This document shows positions 8,121 to 17,145 of a stretch of 47,787 nucleotides of DNA, piece after piece. Origin of the DNA: an uncultured Silicimonas sp. (GTDB lineage Bacteria; Pseudomonadota; Alphaproteobacteria; Rhodobacterales; Rhodobacteraceae); the NCBI GenBank assembly GCA_964601395.1, contig CAZRNL010000001.1:1-47787 (forward strand), written 5' to 3'. Below the pieces are notes generated by a model. It saw nothing but the letters and a program-made list of their open reading frames with translations, did not search any database and was not told where the DNA came from. The number at the start of each line of letters is the position of its first letter. Within the stretch, counting starts at the first letter, position 1. Made by a program: the position numbers and the translations under genes.

Positions 8121-10865
8121 ATGCGTACCGGCCGATCCATTCTCAGTCTCGCGTTGCCGCTACTCATGTTTCCGGCGCCGGTTCTGGCCGAACGGCTGAC
8201 GTTGACCTTTCTTCCCCCCGATCTGCCGCCGGCCAATGTCTGCAATGTCGAACCCGAGCGCTTCGACGAGAGCGAGACACAGGAGGCGGAGGCAGAAGGC
8301 GGCACAGGAGGCGTTCTCGACAACTCCGGTCGGCTTGGGTTTCTCTCCAGCGACATCCACAACCTGACCCGGCAGGACGCCGACCGCTGGTTCGACTTCA
8401 TCATGGCCTTGATATCGCGGCGGGCCGAACTGGATCCCGGTTATGCCGGTGTCTCCGAGACATTCGAGCGGATCGAGACCTATCTCGCCGCAGACCGGCT
8501 GGATGAACTTGCCCAGACGGGGCTGATACAGTCACTGACATATGGCCTTGACCAACTGAGCTGGTCCGAAACGGTTCGCTTGTCCCGGTTCTATCTCAAC
8601 GGGTTGGGCGTCGAGAAGGATCGGGCTTTTGCGACCAACCTGATCCTCGACCAGGCCTATCTCGGCAACGCCGATGCCCTGATGGAAGTGCTGCGGCTGC
8701 AATTGAGGGGTGGTGAGGTCGGCGACTGGTCGCTGAGCGCGGAAGAGACCGCCCAACTGGCTTTCGGCGGCATGATCGGCAGGATGAACCGTGGTCTATG
8801 CGCGCGGGCAGAGCGAATGGCTCGGGAATACATCGACGGCGACCTTCTGACGCCGAATGCCGATCTTGCCTACGCATGGCGCAAGTTTGCCGCCGACATG
8901 GGTGGTGGGGAAGCCGCCTGGCGCGTTGTCGAGCATCATCTGAACGCGACCGGCGAACGGAAGAACGAAGCCGCACTTCGCCACTACCTGAGCCTGGCTG
9001 TGACCAATGGTTTTGTCGTGATGCCGGAGGACGCCGAGGAACTCGTCGCAACCGGGGCCCAGACGGAAGAGGAAATCCGCCGAGTACTCGGCCACAATCA
9101 CGGTCTCGTTGGGTCGGCAGAACGCAGCTCTGCGGTTCCCTTTCTTGTGCTGGATGTCAAACGCCCGACGACGTCTATCTCCGAGGACGGCGCGTATCTT
9201 CAATATCTTCGTGAAATCAGCACTCTACCTGGGGTGCCGGGACATGTCCTTACGCGTCTGGCCAAGGAAGTCCTGCTTCGGAAGGGGCGTTGGAACGGCG
9301 AAGCGGAAGCCATGCCTGTCCTCTTGAACGCCGTCGCGCTTGGCGATGCCGAGGCGATGACAATGGTGGCCGAAATGCTCCTGCGGCGGCGGGACGATCC
9401 CGAAAGCTTCAGAGAAGCCGAGACGCTCCTGATCGATGCGGTGACGCGACACGGACACTCCGAGGCGATGTGGTCATTGGACACTCTTTACCGATGCCAA
9501 TCGGTCCATGCCCCGATGCTGGCGGAAGCGGAATTCTGGGCGCAGGCTGGCCGCGCCGCGGACATCGAACCGGTCAGCATCTCGGCCACGGACCTTGCGC
9601 GGATGGATGCAGCTCTCGAGCCCGAGATCGCTGCCCGGATCCAGAGCCTTGCGATCAAGGGGCACAGCGGCTCGGCGGCGGACCTTCTTCAGCACCTCCA
9701 GTCAAACCCCTTGGCTCCCGAGGTGGCCCTGAACCACTGGGCAAAACGGGTGTCTCAAAGCGACGTATCGATAGAAAAATTCGTCGGGCAGGAGTATGAA
9801 CTGGCGCTGACTCCGGGACAGAGGCACGCCGCAGTCGAGCTGTTTCGTCGGGTCTATCTTGATGTCGGCGCATCCATCTCACTTGATCTGGCTGTAATTC
9901 TGACCGAGCACGCAGGTCGGAATCCAGTCGTTGCCGCGGAGATTCTTCAGATCCTGAACAACAGTGGTGGCAGGGGCCAAGGTGCGGCTATCCGTCTGCT
10001 GATGAGGCTCACGGGAAGCGATCCGGAGGAGGTTTATGCCCAGTTCGCCCCCACAATAGAGGACCGCGGCGATTTCATCGCCCTGATGGTTGCGGCACCG
10101 TTTCTCACCGATGACGCCTTTGAAAAATACATGAACCGCGCCGTGTCGATCATGAGTTGCACAACGAAAGACGTCCTCGAACTCGCCGACGCCTATGCCG
10201 CACGAAACCTGAGCGACGAGGCTGCGCACTGGCTAACGGTGGGGCAGGCGATAGAGGGTGGGAATTCGTTGTCCCGGCTGGGTCTGAGTACTCGCCAGAT
10301 GTCCGATTTCAACACCGGACTTACCATGCTCCGCGATCCGTTGGCTCAGCCAGTTGCCGGTCGGGACGTTTTCGACCAGCTGCGTCAGAAGTATCTTGCC
10401 GTATCGTCGCCCGAGGCGCCGGATTTCGATGCGGTACAGGCAGGTGCTGTCCTGGCAGAGGTATTCCAGCTTCCGGATCGCAAGGCCTTTCTTTGGGCAT
10501 TGAACCAGTACCGCAAGGCCGACCGATCGGTTCGGACCGAAGCAGACAGCAGGATCGACATACGCTCGGGGCTTGTGGACGCTGCCGAGGCTGGCGATCC
10601 GGTCGCCCAGTACGAGACCGGCCTTCTGTTGCGGGCCACGGCGATGACGCCCGGTGATCTCGAGAGTTCGACTCGTTGGCTTGAACGTGCGGCAGAGGCC
10701 GGACATGGCGAAGCGATGGTCGAGTATGCCTATGCGACAGCATTCGGGATCGGACGGCCAGCGGATCCGAAACTGGGCCTTGTCTGGCTGGACAGGGCAG
10801 AGGACCTGTTTCCGGGAAAAGGGCGCGATCTGAGGGTGATGCTTTCAGCGATGGTGTCGGAGTGA
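8121..10865 (+). CDS. Large exported Sel1-like/TPR repeat protein (possible AlgK-type scaffold)
   Basis: Signal peptide ending VLA. Sel1-type repeats, e.g. YLNGLGVEKD, AAEAGDPVAQYETG, AAEAGHGEAMVEYA...GIGRPAD. Abuts algX and overlaps algL. Confidence 0.7.
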   Translation: MRTGRSILSLALPLLMFPAPVLAERLTLTFLPPDLPPANVCNVEPERFDESETQEAEAEGGTGGVLDNSGRLGFLSSDIHNLTRQDADRWFDFIMALISRRAELDPGYAGVSETFERIETYLAADRLDELAQTGLIQSLTYGLDQLSWSETVRLSRFYLNGLGVEKDRAFATNLILDQAYLGNADALMEVLRLQLRGGEVGDWSLSAEETAQLAFGGMIGRMNRGLCARAERMAREYIDGDLLTPNADLAYAWRKFAADMGGGEAAWRVVEHHLNATGERKNEAALRHYLSLAVTNGFVVMPEDAEELVATGAQTEEEIRRVLGHNHGLVGSAERSSAVPFLVLDVKRPTTSISEDGAYLQYLREISTLPGVPGHVLTRLAKEVLLRKGRWNGEAEAMPVLLNAVALGDAEAMTMVAEMLLRRRDDPESFREAETLLIDAVTRHGHSEAMWSLDTLYRCQSVHAPMLAEAEFWAQAGRAADIEPVSISATDLARMDAALEPEIAARIQSLAIKGHSGSAADLLQHLQSNPLAPEVALNHWAKRVSQSDVSIEKFVGQEYELALTPGQRHAAVELFRRVYLDVGASISLDLAVILTEHAGRNPVVAAEILQILNNSGGRGQGAAIRLLMRLTGSDPEEVYAQFAPTIEDRGDFIALMVAAPFLTDDAFEKYMNRAVSIMSCTTKDVLELADAYAARNLSDEAAHWLTVGQAIEGGNSLSRLGLSTRQMSDFNTGLTMLRDPLAQPVAGRDVFDQLRQKYLAVSSPEAPDFDAVQAGAVLAEVFQLPDRKAFLWALNQYRKADRSVRTEADSRIDIRSGLVDAAEAGDPVAQYETGLLLRATAMTPGDLESSTRWLERAAEAGHGEAMVEYAYATAFGIGRPADPKLGLVWLDRAEDLFPGKGRDLRVMLSAMVSE

Positions 10866-11875
10866 AGGGCCTTTTGGTTCTCTTGGGTGCCTTGGTGCTG
10901 TCGGCCGAACACGCGACGGCGCAAGACACCGAATGCGCGGGCTCGCCAGAACCTGTGGTGACGCTGAGCTATGTCAGTCGATACGTGCAGGACGATGCAG
11001 CCCGCTCAACAATCGACCCGTTGCGCGAAGCCGAGGCCGAAGCCGCAGTAGCCCCGGTGGACGAGTTCATCTCGGCTTTGGCCAGAAGCGTGGACGCGAT
11101 GTATTCCGGCTCACCGAGAGATCGCGAGATGATGGCGAGTTGTGTTCTGAACCAGATAGATGATTGGGCACAGGCGGACGCCTTGTCGCATCTCGACACC
11201 GAAACGGTGCGGCTTACCGTCGGGGCCCGTTACGCGGGGTTTGCGATGATAGTCTGGCAGACCCTGCCCTACGCCCACGACCATCCAGCGCGGGATCGAA
11301 TTCTGGACTGGCTGGACCGGCGCATGCGCGAACAGGTCGTTTTCTGGAAAGACGCTGCGGTCGGAGCCCGACAGGGCAATCTGCGGGCCTGGGCCGGGCT
11401 GGCTGCGGCTGCGGTGGCCGTGCAGACCGACGATGCTGAGCTGATGGACTGGGCCGAGGTGGCAATTGCGGATGTGATGTGTTCGGCCAACGCCGACGGC
11501 AGCCTGCCGCAAGAAATGGCTCGGGGAAAGCTGGCGCTGCACTACCAGCTTCACGCTATTGCACCGCTGGTGGCGACCGTCGCCATTCTGGAACGCCGGG
11601 GTGTGCCGGCCAGCCGGGTCTGCGACGCGGCGCTCCAGCGGATCGTCGATTTCGCGGTCAGCGATCTTTCAGATGGGTCCAGAACCCGCGAAATCACCGG
11701 AATCGAGCAGAACCTGTTTGACGGAGTCGATAGCCTGCAGGCGTTTCAGATGGCCTGGATCGAGCCCTACCTTGCGCTGGTAGAAGATGAGAAACTAAGC
11801 TCGCTACGGGACGAACTCGGGACCTTGAGTTACAGCAAGCTGGGCGGAAACCAGACCGCACTTTGGGGTCGCTGA
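10862..11875 (+). CDS. algL: PL5-family alginate lyase homolog
   Basis: Signal peptide. CVLNQIDDWAQADAL, DGSLPQEMARG, ALHYQLHAIAPL, AWIEPY and KLGG match PL5/AlgL architecture. Confidence 0.8.
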   Translation: MKGLLVLLGALVLSAEHATAQDTECAGSPEPVVTLSYVSRYVQDDAARSTIDPLREAEAEAAVAPVDEFISALARSVDAMYSGSPRDREMMASCVLNQIDDWAQADALSHLDTETVRLTVGARYAGFAMIVWQTLPYAHDHPARDRILDWLDRRMREQVVFWKDAAVGARQGNLRAWAGLAAAAVAVQTDDAELMDWAEVAIADVMCSANADGSLPQEMARGKLALHYQLHAIAPLVATVAILERRGVPASRVCDAALQRIVDFAVSDLSDGSRTREITGIEQNLFDGVDSLQAFQMAWIEPYLALVEDEKLSSLRDELGTLSYSKLGGNQTALWGR

Positions 11876-11989
11876 ACTCTGCGCCCGGCTCCGTCAATGC
11901 CGCTGGCGCGGATACGGTGCTGCGCGGCATGGCGTCTGATCCGGGAGCCAAGACCTGGCCGAGTTTCGGCGAGGATCGAGTCCACGACG

Positions 11990-13066
11990 TCAGGTTCGGG
12001 ATGGTCCTGGAAAAACCCGCCCGTCGAAAAGTTTTCGGGCGGTGCGGAGCGTTCCGGCGCGGATAATGGCACCCGAGTCGTCGCGCTCCATCAGGACCTC
12101 GGCGGCTCCGGTCGGATGTTCTACAGCGAAGGTTTCGGAGGCTGGCAGGACTGCAACCGACGCCGCAGGTGAACCCCGAAGCGTGCATGCCGTCGCCACG
12201 GTGACTGCCGCGAAGACTCCGATGGTGGCATGGCACCGGTGCGGGATGAAGGAACGGGTGGAGACGGTGCCACCCGCCGTTGGAGCAGAGACGAGTGTCA
12301 TCTTCGGCACCGACTTGTCGGTCACGTCGCCCAGGTTCATCATCGGCCCGGCCTTCAGCCTGATCGCCTCGAGTCGGGCCTTGAGATCGGTGTCGGCATC
12401 CATCGCCTCGCGCGACTCGGTCCCGGTGCGGCCCATGTCCGTCGCGCGCAGGATGACGCAGGGCATCCCGTTGTCGATCAGCGTGCATTCCACTCCGTCG
12501 ATCACATCGACAACATTCCCCGTTGGCAGAAGAGTGCCGCACATCGACCCGGCAATGTTCTCGAACATCAGCGGCACGGCGGCATGGTGGCCCGGGACGC
12601 CGTCAATCCGTGCATCACCCGAATAGTCGACGCGGCCGCCGGAAGTCGAAATGCGGGCGGTGGCGACTTCGCCGGTATTCAGCATGTGGATGCGCACCGA
12701 AGTCTCGCCCTTGTTCGCCGTGACCATGCCCCGCTCGATGGCGGCGGGGCCGACAGCGGCGAGGATATTACCACAACCTTGCGCGTCGGAGACCAGCGCC
12801 TGATCGACGTAAACCTGAAGGAAGAGGTAATCGACATCAGCGTCGGGTCGTGAGGCGGGCGAGAGAATGGCGACCTTGGAGGTCAAGGGATCAGCTCCGC
12901 CGATGCCATCGATCTGCCGGGCGTCCGGCGAGCCCATGATGCGGAGGAGAAGATCGTCGAGCGCGGCACGGTCGGACGGCAGATCGGACGCCAGGAAGTA
13001 GGCCCCTTTGGAGGTGCCGCCCCGCATCCAGAGACAGGAGATTCCGTCAATGGACGGGTCAGACAT
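11990..13066 (-). CDS. galD: 4-oxalomesaconate tautomerase (PrpF/FldA family)
   Basis: Motifs [54 protein letters not shown] and LRTARKL. Confidence 0.88.
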   Translation of the reverse strand: MSDPSIDGISCLWMRGGTSKGAYFLASDLPSDRAALDDLLLRIMGSPDARQIDGIGGADPLTSKVAILSPASRPDADVDYLFLQVYVDQALVSDAQGCGNILAAVGPAAIERGMVTANKGETSVRIHMLNTGEVATARISTSGGRVDYSGDARIDGVPGHHAAVPLMFENIAGSMCGTLLPTGNVVDVIDGVECTLIDNGMPCVILRATDMGRTGTESREAMDADTDLKARLEAIRLKAGPMMNLGDVTDKSVPKMTLVSAPTAGGTVSTRSFIPHRCHATIGVFAAVTVATACTLRGSPAASVAVLPASETFAVEHPTGAAEVLMERDDSGAIIRAGTLRTARKLFDGRVFPGPSRT

Positions 13067-13730
13067 ACTTCAGACCTTTCTCCGCCAGACGAGGCCGCAT
13101 GTCGTAGAGGTCGAGGCCCAGTTCGCCTGAAGCAAGGCGTCGGCGTTTTTCGTCTTCGGCGGCGACACGTTTTTCCGCACTCTTTAGGACGTCTTCGGCC
13201 TCGTCCCGCCTGACGACGACCACGCCGTCATCGTCGGCCACGATGATATCGCCCGCGTCGATGATCTGTCCCGCGCAGACGATGGGGACGTTGACCGAGC
13301 CCAGCGTTTCCTTGACCGTCCCTTCGGCGCTGATCGCCTTGGACCAGACCGGAAAGCTCATTGCCGTCAGGTCGCGCACATCGCGCACACCTGCGTCGAT
13401 GACCAGACCCTTGCACCCGCGCGACATGGCCGAAGTGGCGAGCAGGTCGCCGAAATAGCCGTTGTCGCAGGGCGAGGTTGGGGCGAGGACGAGGATGTCG
13501 CCCTCCTGAAGCTGTTCGATCGCAACGTGCAGCATCCAGTTGTCACCGGGCGCGGCACTGATGGTGACTGCGGAGCCAGCCACCTGAGCGCCGGTATAGA
13601 TCGGGCGCATGTACGAGGCGAGACAGCCGCGGCGTCCCTGCGCCTCGTGAACTGTGGCGACCCCGGCGGCCGCAAGTTTGCGGATCACTTCGGAATCGGC
13701 GCGGGCGATGTTCTGAACGACCTTGTGCAT
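13059..13730 (-). CDS. galC: 4-carboxy-4-hydroxy-2-oxoadipate aldolase (HMG/CHA aldolase, LigK/GalC)
   Basis: Motifs [47 protein letters not shown] and GLDLYDMR. Confidence 0.9.
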   Translation of the reverse strand: MHKVVQNIARADSEVIRKLAAAGVATVHEAQGRRGCLASYMRPIYTGAQVAGSAVTISAAPGDNWMLHVAIEQLQEGDILVLAPTSPCDNGYFGDLLATSAMSRGCKGLVIDAGVRDVRDLTAMSFPVWSKAISAEGTVKETLGSVNVPIVCAGQIIDAGDIIVADDDGVVVVRRDEAEDVLKSAEKRVAAEDEKRRRLASGELGLDLYDMRPRLAEKGLKYV

Positions 13731-13733
13731 GGC

Positions 13734-14693
13734 CTACTCCTTGACCGGCGGCGTGCCGTGGGTGTGGAAGGTTTCAATGGTCTTGAGGCCCCAGGCCTGA
13801 CCCTTCCTGCGCTCGGCTTCGGTCCAGACGACAGGTTCCCAATCGGGGGCGAGGATGAGGCGCGCGCCCGCGTTGGCGAGTTCGACGCGGTTGCCGGCAG
13901 GTTCCCAGACGTAGAGGAAGAACGTGCCCTGGATCGCGTGCTTGTGCGGCCCGGTTTCGATGTGGACGCCGTTCTCCAGGAAGATGTCGGCGGCGCGCAG
14001 GATATCCTCGCGCTGATCGGTGGCATAGGTGAAATGGTGCAGCCGCCCGTTGCCGCGCCCGTGCTCCTCGGTACAGGCAAGGTCGTAGGTCTTGTTGTTG
14101 ACGGTGAACCAGCAGCCGCCGATGCGGCCGTTGTCGAGTTGGATCATCTCGGTCACGCGGGAGCCGAGACAGGTTTCCATGAATCGACGGAACTCGGTCA
14201 CATCCTCGGAGAGGAGGTTCAGGTGGTCGAGCCTGCGGGGGCAAGCACCGTGAGCGTGAAAGCGGGAGGTCATGTTCTTGAGCGCGGACTCGTCGCCGGC
14301 CGGAGGGCGGTTGGTGTCGTAGTAAATCTCGAAGACATGGCCGAAGGGATCTTCGAAACGGAAGGCGCGTCCGTGGGAAAGGTCGCCGTCATTCCAGCCG
14401 TGGGTCTTGTAGCCCGAGGCCTCGATGGCGGCGACGCGGCGCTCCAGTGCTTCCGGCGAGGCTGCACGGTAGCCGATGTGACCAACGCCAGTGGTGTCGG
14501 CGCGGGTGAGTTTCAGTGTGGCGAACTCATAGTCATCCCAGGCGCGAAGGTAGGCCGAGGTCTCGTCCCGGCCCGAGAGTTTCAGGCCGTAGACGCGGGT
14601 GAAGAAGTCGAGCGAGGCATCGAACTTGTCGGTCAGCATCTCGACGTGGCCGAGGTGGGCAAGATCGAAGCTGGGATTGGTCGGCGCAGACAT
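13734..14693 (-). CDS. Extradiol ring-cleavage dioxygenase, VOC/catechol 2,3-dioxygenase type
   Basis: AHLGHVEM and AYLRAWDD. Metal ligands in RLDHLNL, RLHHFTY and GNRVEL, plus GPHKH. ATG at 14693 has AGGGAG upstream. Confidence 0.85.
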   Translation of the reverse strand: MSAPTNPSFDLAHLGHVEMLTDKFDASLDFFTRVYGLKLSGRDETSAYLRAWDDYEFATLKLTRADTTGVGHIGYRAASPEALERRVAAIEASGYKTHGWNDGDLSHGRAFRFEDPFGHVFEIYYDTNRPPAGDESALKNMTSRFHAHGACPRRLDHLNLLSEDVTEFRRFMETCLGSRVTEMIQLDNGRIGGCWFTVNNKTYDLACTEEHGRGNGRLHHFTYATDQREDILRAADIFLENGVHIETGPHKHAIQGTFFLYVWEPAGNRVELANAGARLILAPDWEPVVWTEAERRKGQAWGLKTIETFHTHGTPPVKE

Positions 14694-14710
14694 GAGTTCC
14701 CTCCCTTGAA

Positions 14711-14731
14711 GGCCGGGGATCACCCCCGGCC
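14711..14731. promoter_or_regulatory. Intergenic stem-loop GGCCGGGG-ATCAC-CCCCGGCC
   Basis: Perfect 8-bp inverted repeat between the tannase-like stop and the dioxygenase RBS. No U-tract, so more likely an mRNA-stability element than a terminator. Confidence 0.5.
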
Positions 14732-14737
14732 CGGTCT

Positions 14738-15289
14738 TCATTCGGCAGATGCGAGAGCGTCAGCCAGCCAGGCATAGGCGGCCTGGACGTCATAGTTGCC
14801 ACTGTGCGCCGTCATCCAGTGCAGCGCGAAGTTCACGTCCTTGACGCCGGCATCATCACGCGCGGCGGCGGCCAGAGACAATGCCACCGTGAAGGAGGCG
14901 TCCCGGTCGATCATTCCGTGGCGGATATACCAGTGCGGCGCGGCCTTCGACTCGCTGCCGAGATAAGCCATCGGGTTGACCAGCTCGACCTGGGCCGCGA
15001 GCGCCTGGCCCTCGCCGGTCGTCCAGGCGGACCAATCCTGCCCGGTATCGTCCGCGCCCATGCGGCGCGCGGGCTGTTCTTTCGCCATGTCCACCGGTCG
15101 GCCGACATAGACTGCTTCGTACCGCTTCAGCATGACCGGCTTGCCGTCCAGCGTGATATTGACCGTCGTGAAGTCGGCCGGCTCCAGCTTCAGCGCGTCA
15201 TCGAAGGCCCCGTCTGCCATGGACATGCCCCCCGCTGCGACGAATCCCGCCGCTGTGGTCATCCTGATCGCTGGCATCAATCTCTTCAT
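14738..15289 (-). pseudogene. Subtype-B tannase-like gene with a large in-frame internal deletion
   Basis: Signal peptide and YEAVYVGRPVD are joined to the C-terminal NPMAYL...HWYIRHGMIDRDASF...NFALHW..HSGNYD. Only 183 aa, with no GxSxG nucleophile elbow. Confidence 0.7.
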
Positions 15290-15376
15290 TTTTCTTTTAA
15301 TTCTCAGTTACTTGAAATTATCGAATGGGGTCACCGTGGAAAAACGAGATTGCAGTCGTCTTCTTCGCGGCCCGTC

Positions 15377-16111
15377 CTAGAGCTCGTCCAATGTGCGCGG
15401 AAAGATCGACTGAAAACCTTCTGCGAACTTGCAGTCGCGCCCGCCGGACTGGCCGCCCGAGTTGCGCTTGAAGTGGTTGGCGCGCTGTTGGGCGACGCGG
15501 GTGTAGAACTCCCAGAGATGCTCCTGCCCCTCCATGCATTCGATCGCTGCGCGCTTCTTGTCCCATACCGGCGTGATGTCGAGGAAAGTGTCGGGCTTCC
15601 AACCCATCTGCTCGGTCTGGTGCGGCTCGAAGAGGTAGAGCTGCGGCGCACCGAGAACCTTCTCGCCGGGGTTGTGACCCCAGGCCTGGGCGATCATGCG
15701 ACATTCGAGAGCGATCTGCGTCGCATACATGTGGTCGGTGTTGTAGGGGTCGTATTGCGAGTGGCTAAGCATAAAGGAAGGCTGGACCTTTCGGATGACA
15801 TCGACCACGCGGTTCTTGTCGTCCCGCGTCAGTTCCAGCGGGTAGTCGCCAAGGTCATGGCAAATCAACTCGTGAACGCCCAGCGCTTCGGCGGCACGCT
15901 CGGCCTCGGCGCGGCGCGCGTCCTTGACGCGGTCGAGGGTCATGCCTTCCTGCTTCCAGAGCTTGGCGCTTTCGCCTCGTTCGCCGAAGGACAGGCAGAG
16001 AACAGTCACCTCGTAGCCCTTCGCGGCGTGGAGAGCGATGGCGCCGCCGCATCGCCAGACGAAATCGGCGGCGTGGGCAGAGATGACGAGAGCGGTCTTC
16101 GGAGCGGACAT
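15377..16111 (-). CDS. galB: 4-oxalomesaconate hydratase (PIG-L/LmbE family)
   Basis: Motifs SAHAADFVWRCGGAIA, CLSFGERGESAKLW, DLGDYPL, DPYNTDH, FEPHQTE and QEHLWEFY. Confidence 0.9.
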   Translation of the reverse strand: MSAPKTALVISAHAADFVWRCGGAIALHAAKGYEVTVLCLSFGERGESAKLWKQEGMTLDRVKDARRAEAERAAEALGVHELICHDLGDYPLELTRDDKNRVVDVIRKVQPSFMLSHSQYDPYNTDHMYATQIALECRMIAQAWGHNPGEKVLGAPQLYLFEPHQTEQMGWKPDTFLDITPVWDKKRAAIECMEGQEHLWEFYTRVAQQRANHFKRNSGGQSGGRDCKFAEGFQSIFPRTLDEL

Positions 16112-16191
16112 GGGCGGGTTCCTTATTCGAATTCTCGAACAGTGTTTCACAGGCGCGCTGGCCACGGCAACTCGATTGCGCATCCCTTTGG

Positions 16192-16206
16192 ATAAGTTAT
16201 CGCTAT
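16192..16206. promoter_or_regulatory. Candidate LysR (GalR) recognition site ATA-N9-TAT
   Basis: ATAAGTTATCGCTAT (T-N11-A with dyad) in the divergent galB / oxidoreductase-galR intergenic region. Confidence 0.45.
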
Positions 16207-16269
16207 AGGGAGTGGTGTTAAGCGCGGTTTTCCGGCATTCTTCTCCTCGAATGAAAGAGGAGGCCGGAG

Positions 16270-17145
16270 ATGCAGGACACCGCAATTGCCTTTGTGGGGT
16301 TCGGGGAGGCCGGCAGGGCCTTTCTGAGCGGATGGACCGGCGGGCGCTCGGCCACGAATGTCCGCGCCTTCGATGTCAAGACCGACGACGATGCGACTCG
16401 CGGCGCCATGCTGGCCGCTTTTGATGCGCATGGTCTGCGGGGGTGCGAGGCTCTGGCAGAAGCGCTTGAGGGAGCGACGGCCGTGTTCTCGGTCGTGACG
16501 GCCGACCGGGCGCTTGAGGCGGCCGAGGCGGCGGCTGGCCACATCGGGCAAGGATGCTTCTGGTTTGACTGCAATTCCTGCGCGCCGGACACCAAGCGAC
16601 GCGCAGCCGCGATGATCGAGGCGGCAGGCGGACGCTACGTGGACGTGGCGGTGATGGCGCCGGTCCATCCGAAACGGCACCATGTGCCACTGTTGGTGTC
16701 CGGCCAGCACGCGGAACACGCGATGGAACTGCTTGCTCGGCTTGATATGAGGCCAAAGTTCGCTGGCGACGAAGTCGGGCGCGCTTCCTCCATCAAGATG
16801 CTGCGCTCGGTGATGATCAAGGGCATGGAGGCTCTGACCGCCGAGTGTTTCCTTTCGGCGCGGCGCGCAGGTGTGGAAGAGGAGGTCATCGGATCGCTGG
16901 AGGCCTCGGACCCGGACATCGCGTGGCGATTGCGCGGAGCCTATTCGCTTGAGCGGATGATGGTGCACGGAGCGCGCCGGGCTTCGGAGATGCGCGAAGT
17001 CACCCTGACCGTCCACGACCTTGGCCTCGGCGGCGAAATGAGCGCCGCCTCGGCAGTCTGGCAGGAAAGGATCGCATCGCTGGGTGCCGATCCGGGGAAG
17101 GAAGATTTGATGCAGCGACTGGACCACTTGCTGTCGCGCCTATGA
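16270..17145 (+). CDS. NAD(P)-dependent oxidoreductase (6PGD/HIBADH-like, DUF1932-type C-terminus)
   Basis: GFGEAG Rossmann motif, DCNSCAP..K, YVDVAVMAPV, ASSIKMLRSVMIKG and HGARRASEM. Confidence 0.8.
   Translation: MQDTAIAFVGFGEAGRAFLSGWTGGRSATNVRAFDVKTDDDATRGAMLAAFDAHGLRGCEALAEALEGATAVFSVVTADRALEAAEAAAGHIGQGCFWFDCNSCAPDTKRRAAAMIEAAGGRYVDVAVMAPVHPKRHHVPLLVSGQHAEHAMELLARLDMRPKFAGDEVGRASSIKMLRSVMIKGMEALTAECFLSARRAGVEEEVIGSLEASDPDIAWRLRGAYSLERMMVHGARRASEMREVTLTVHDLGLGGEMSAASAVWQERIASLGADPGKEDLMQRLDHLLSRL

Noticed and set aside
8121-10865. Assigning algK to the Sel1-repeat gene
   Set aside because: No lipobox, twice the size, and no specific similarity that I can confirm by eye.
13527-16195. 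Plus-strand ORFs 13527-14777 and 14804-16195
   Set aside because: Antisense to the dioxygenase, tannase remnant and galB.
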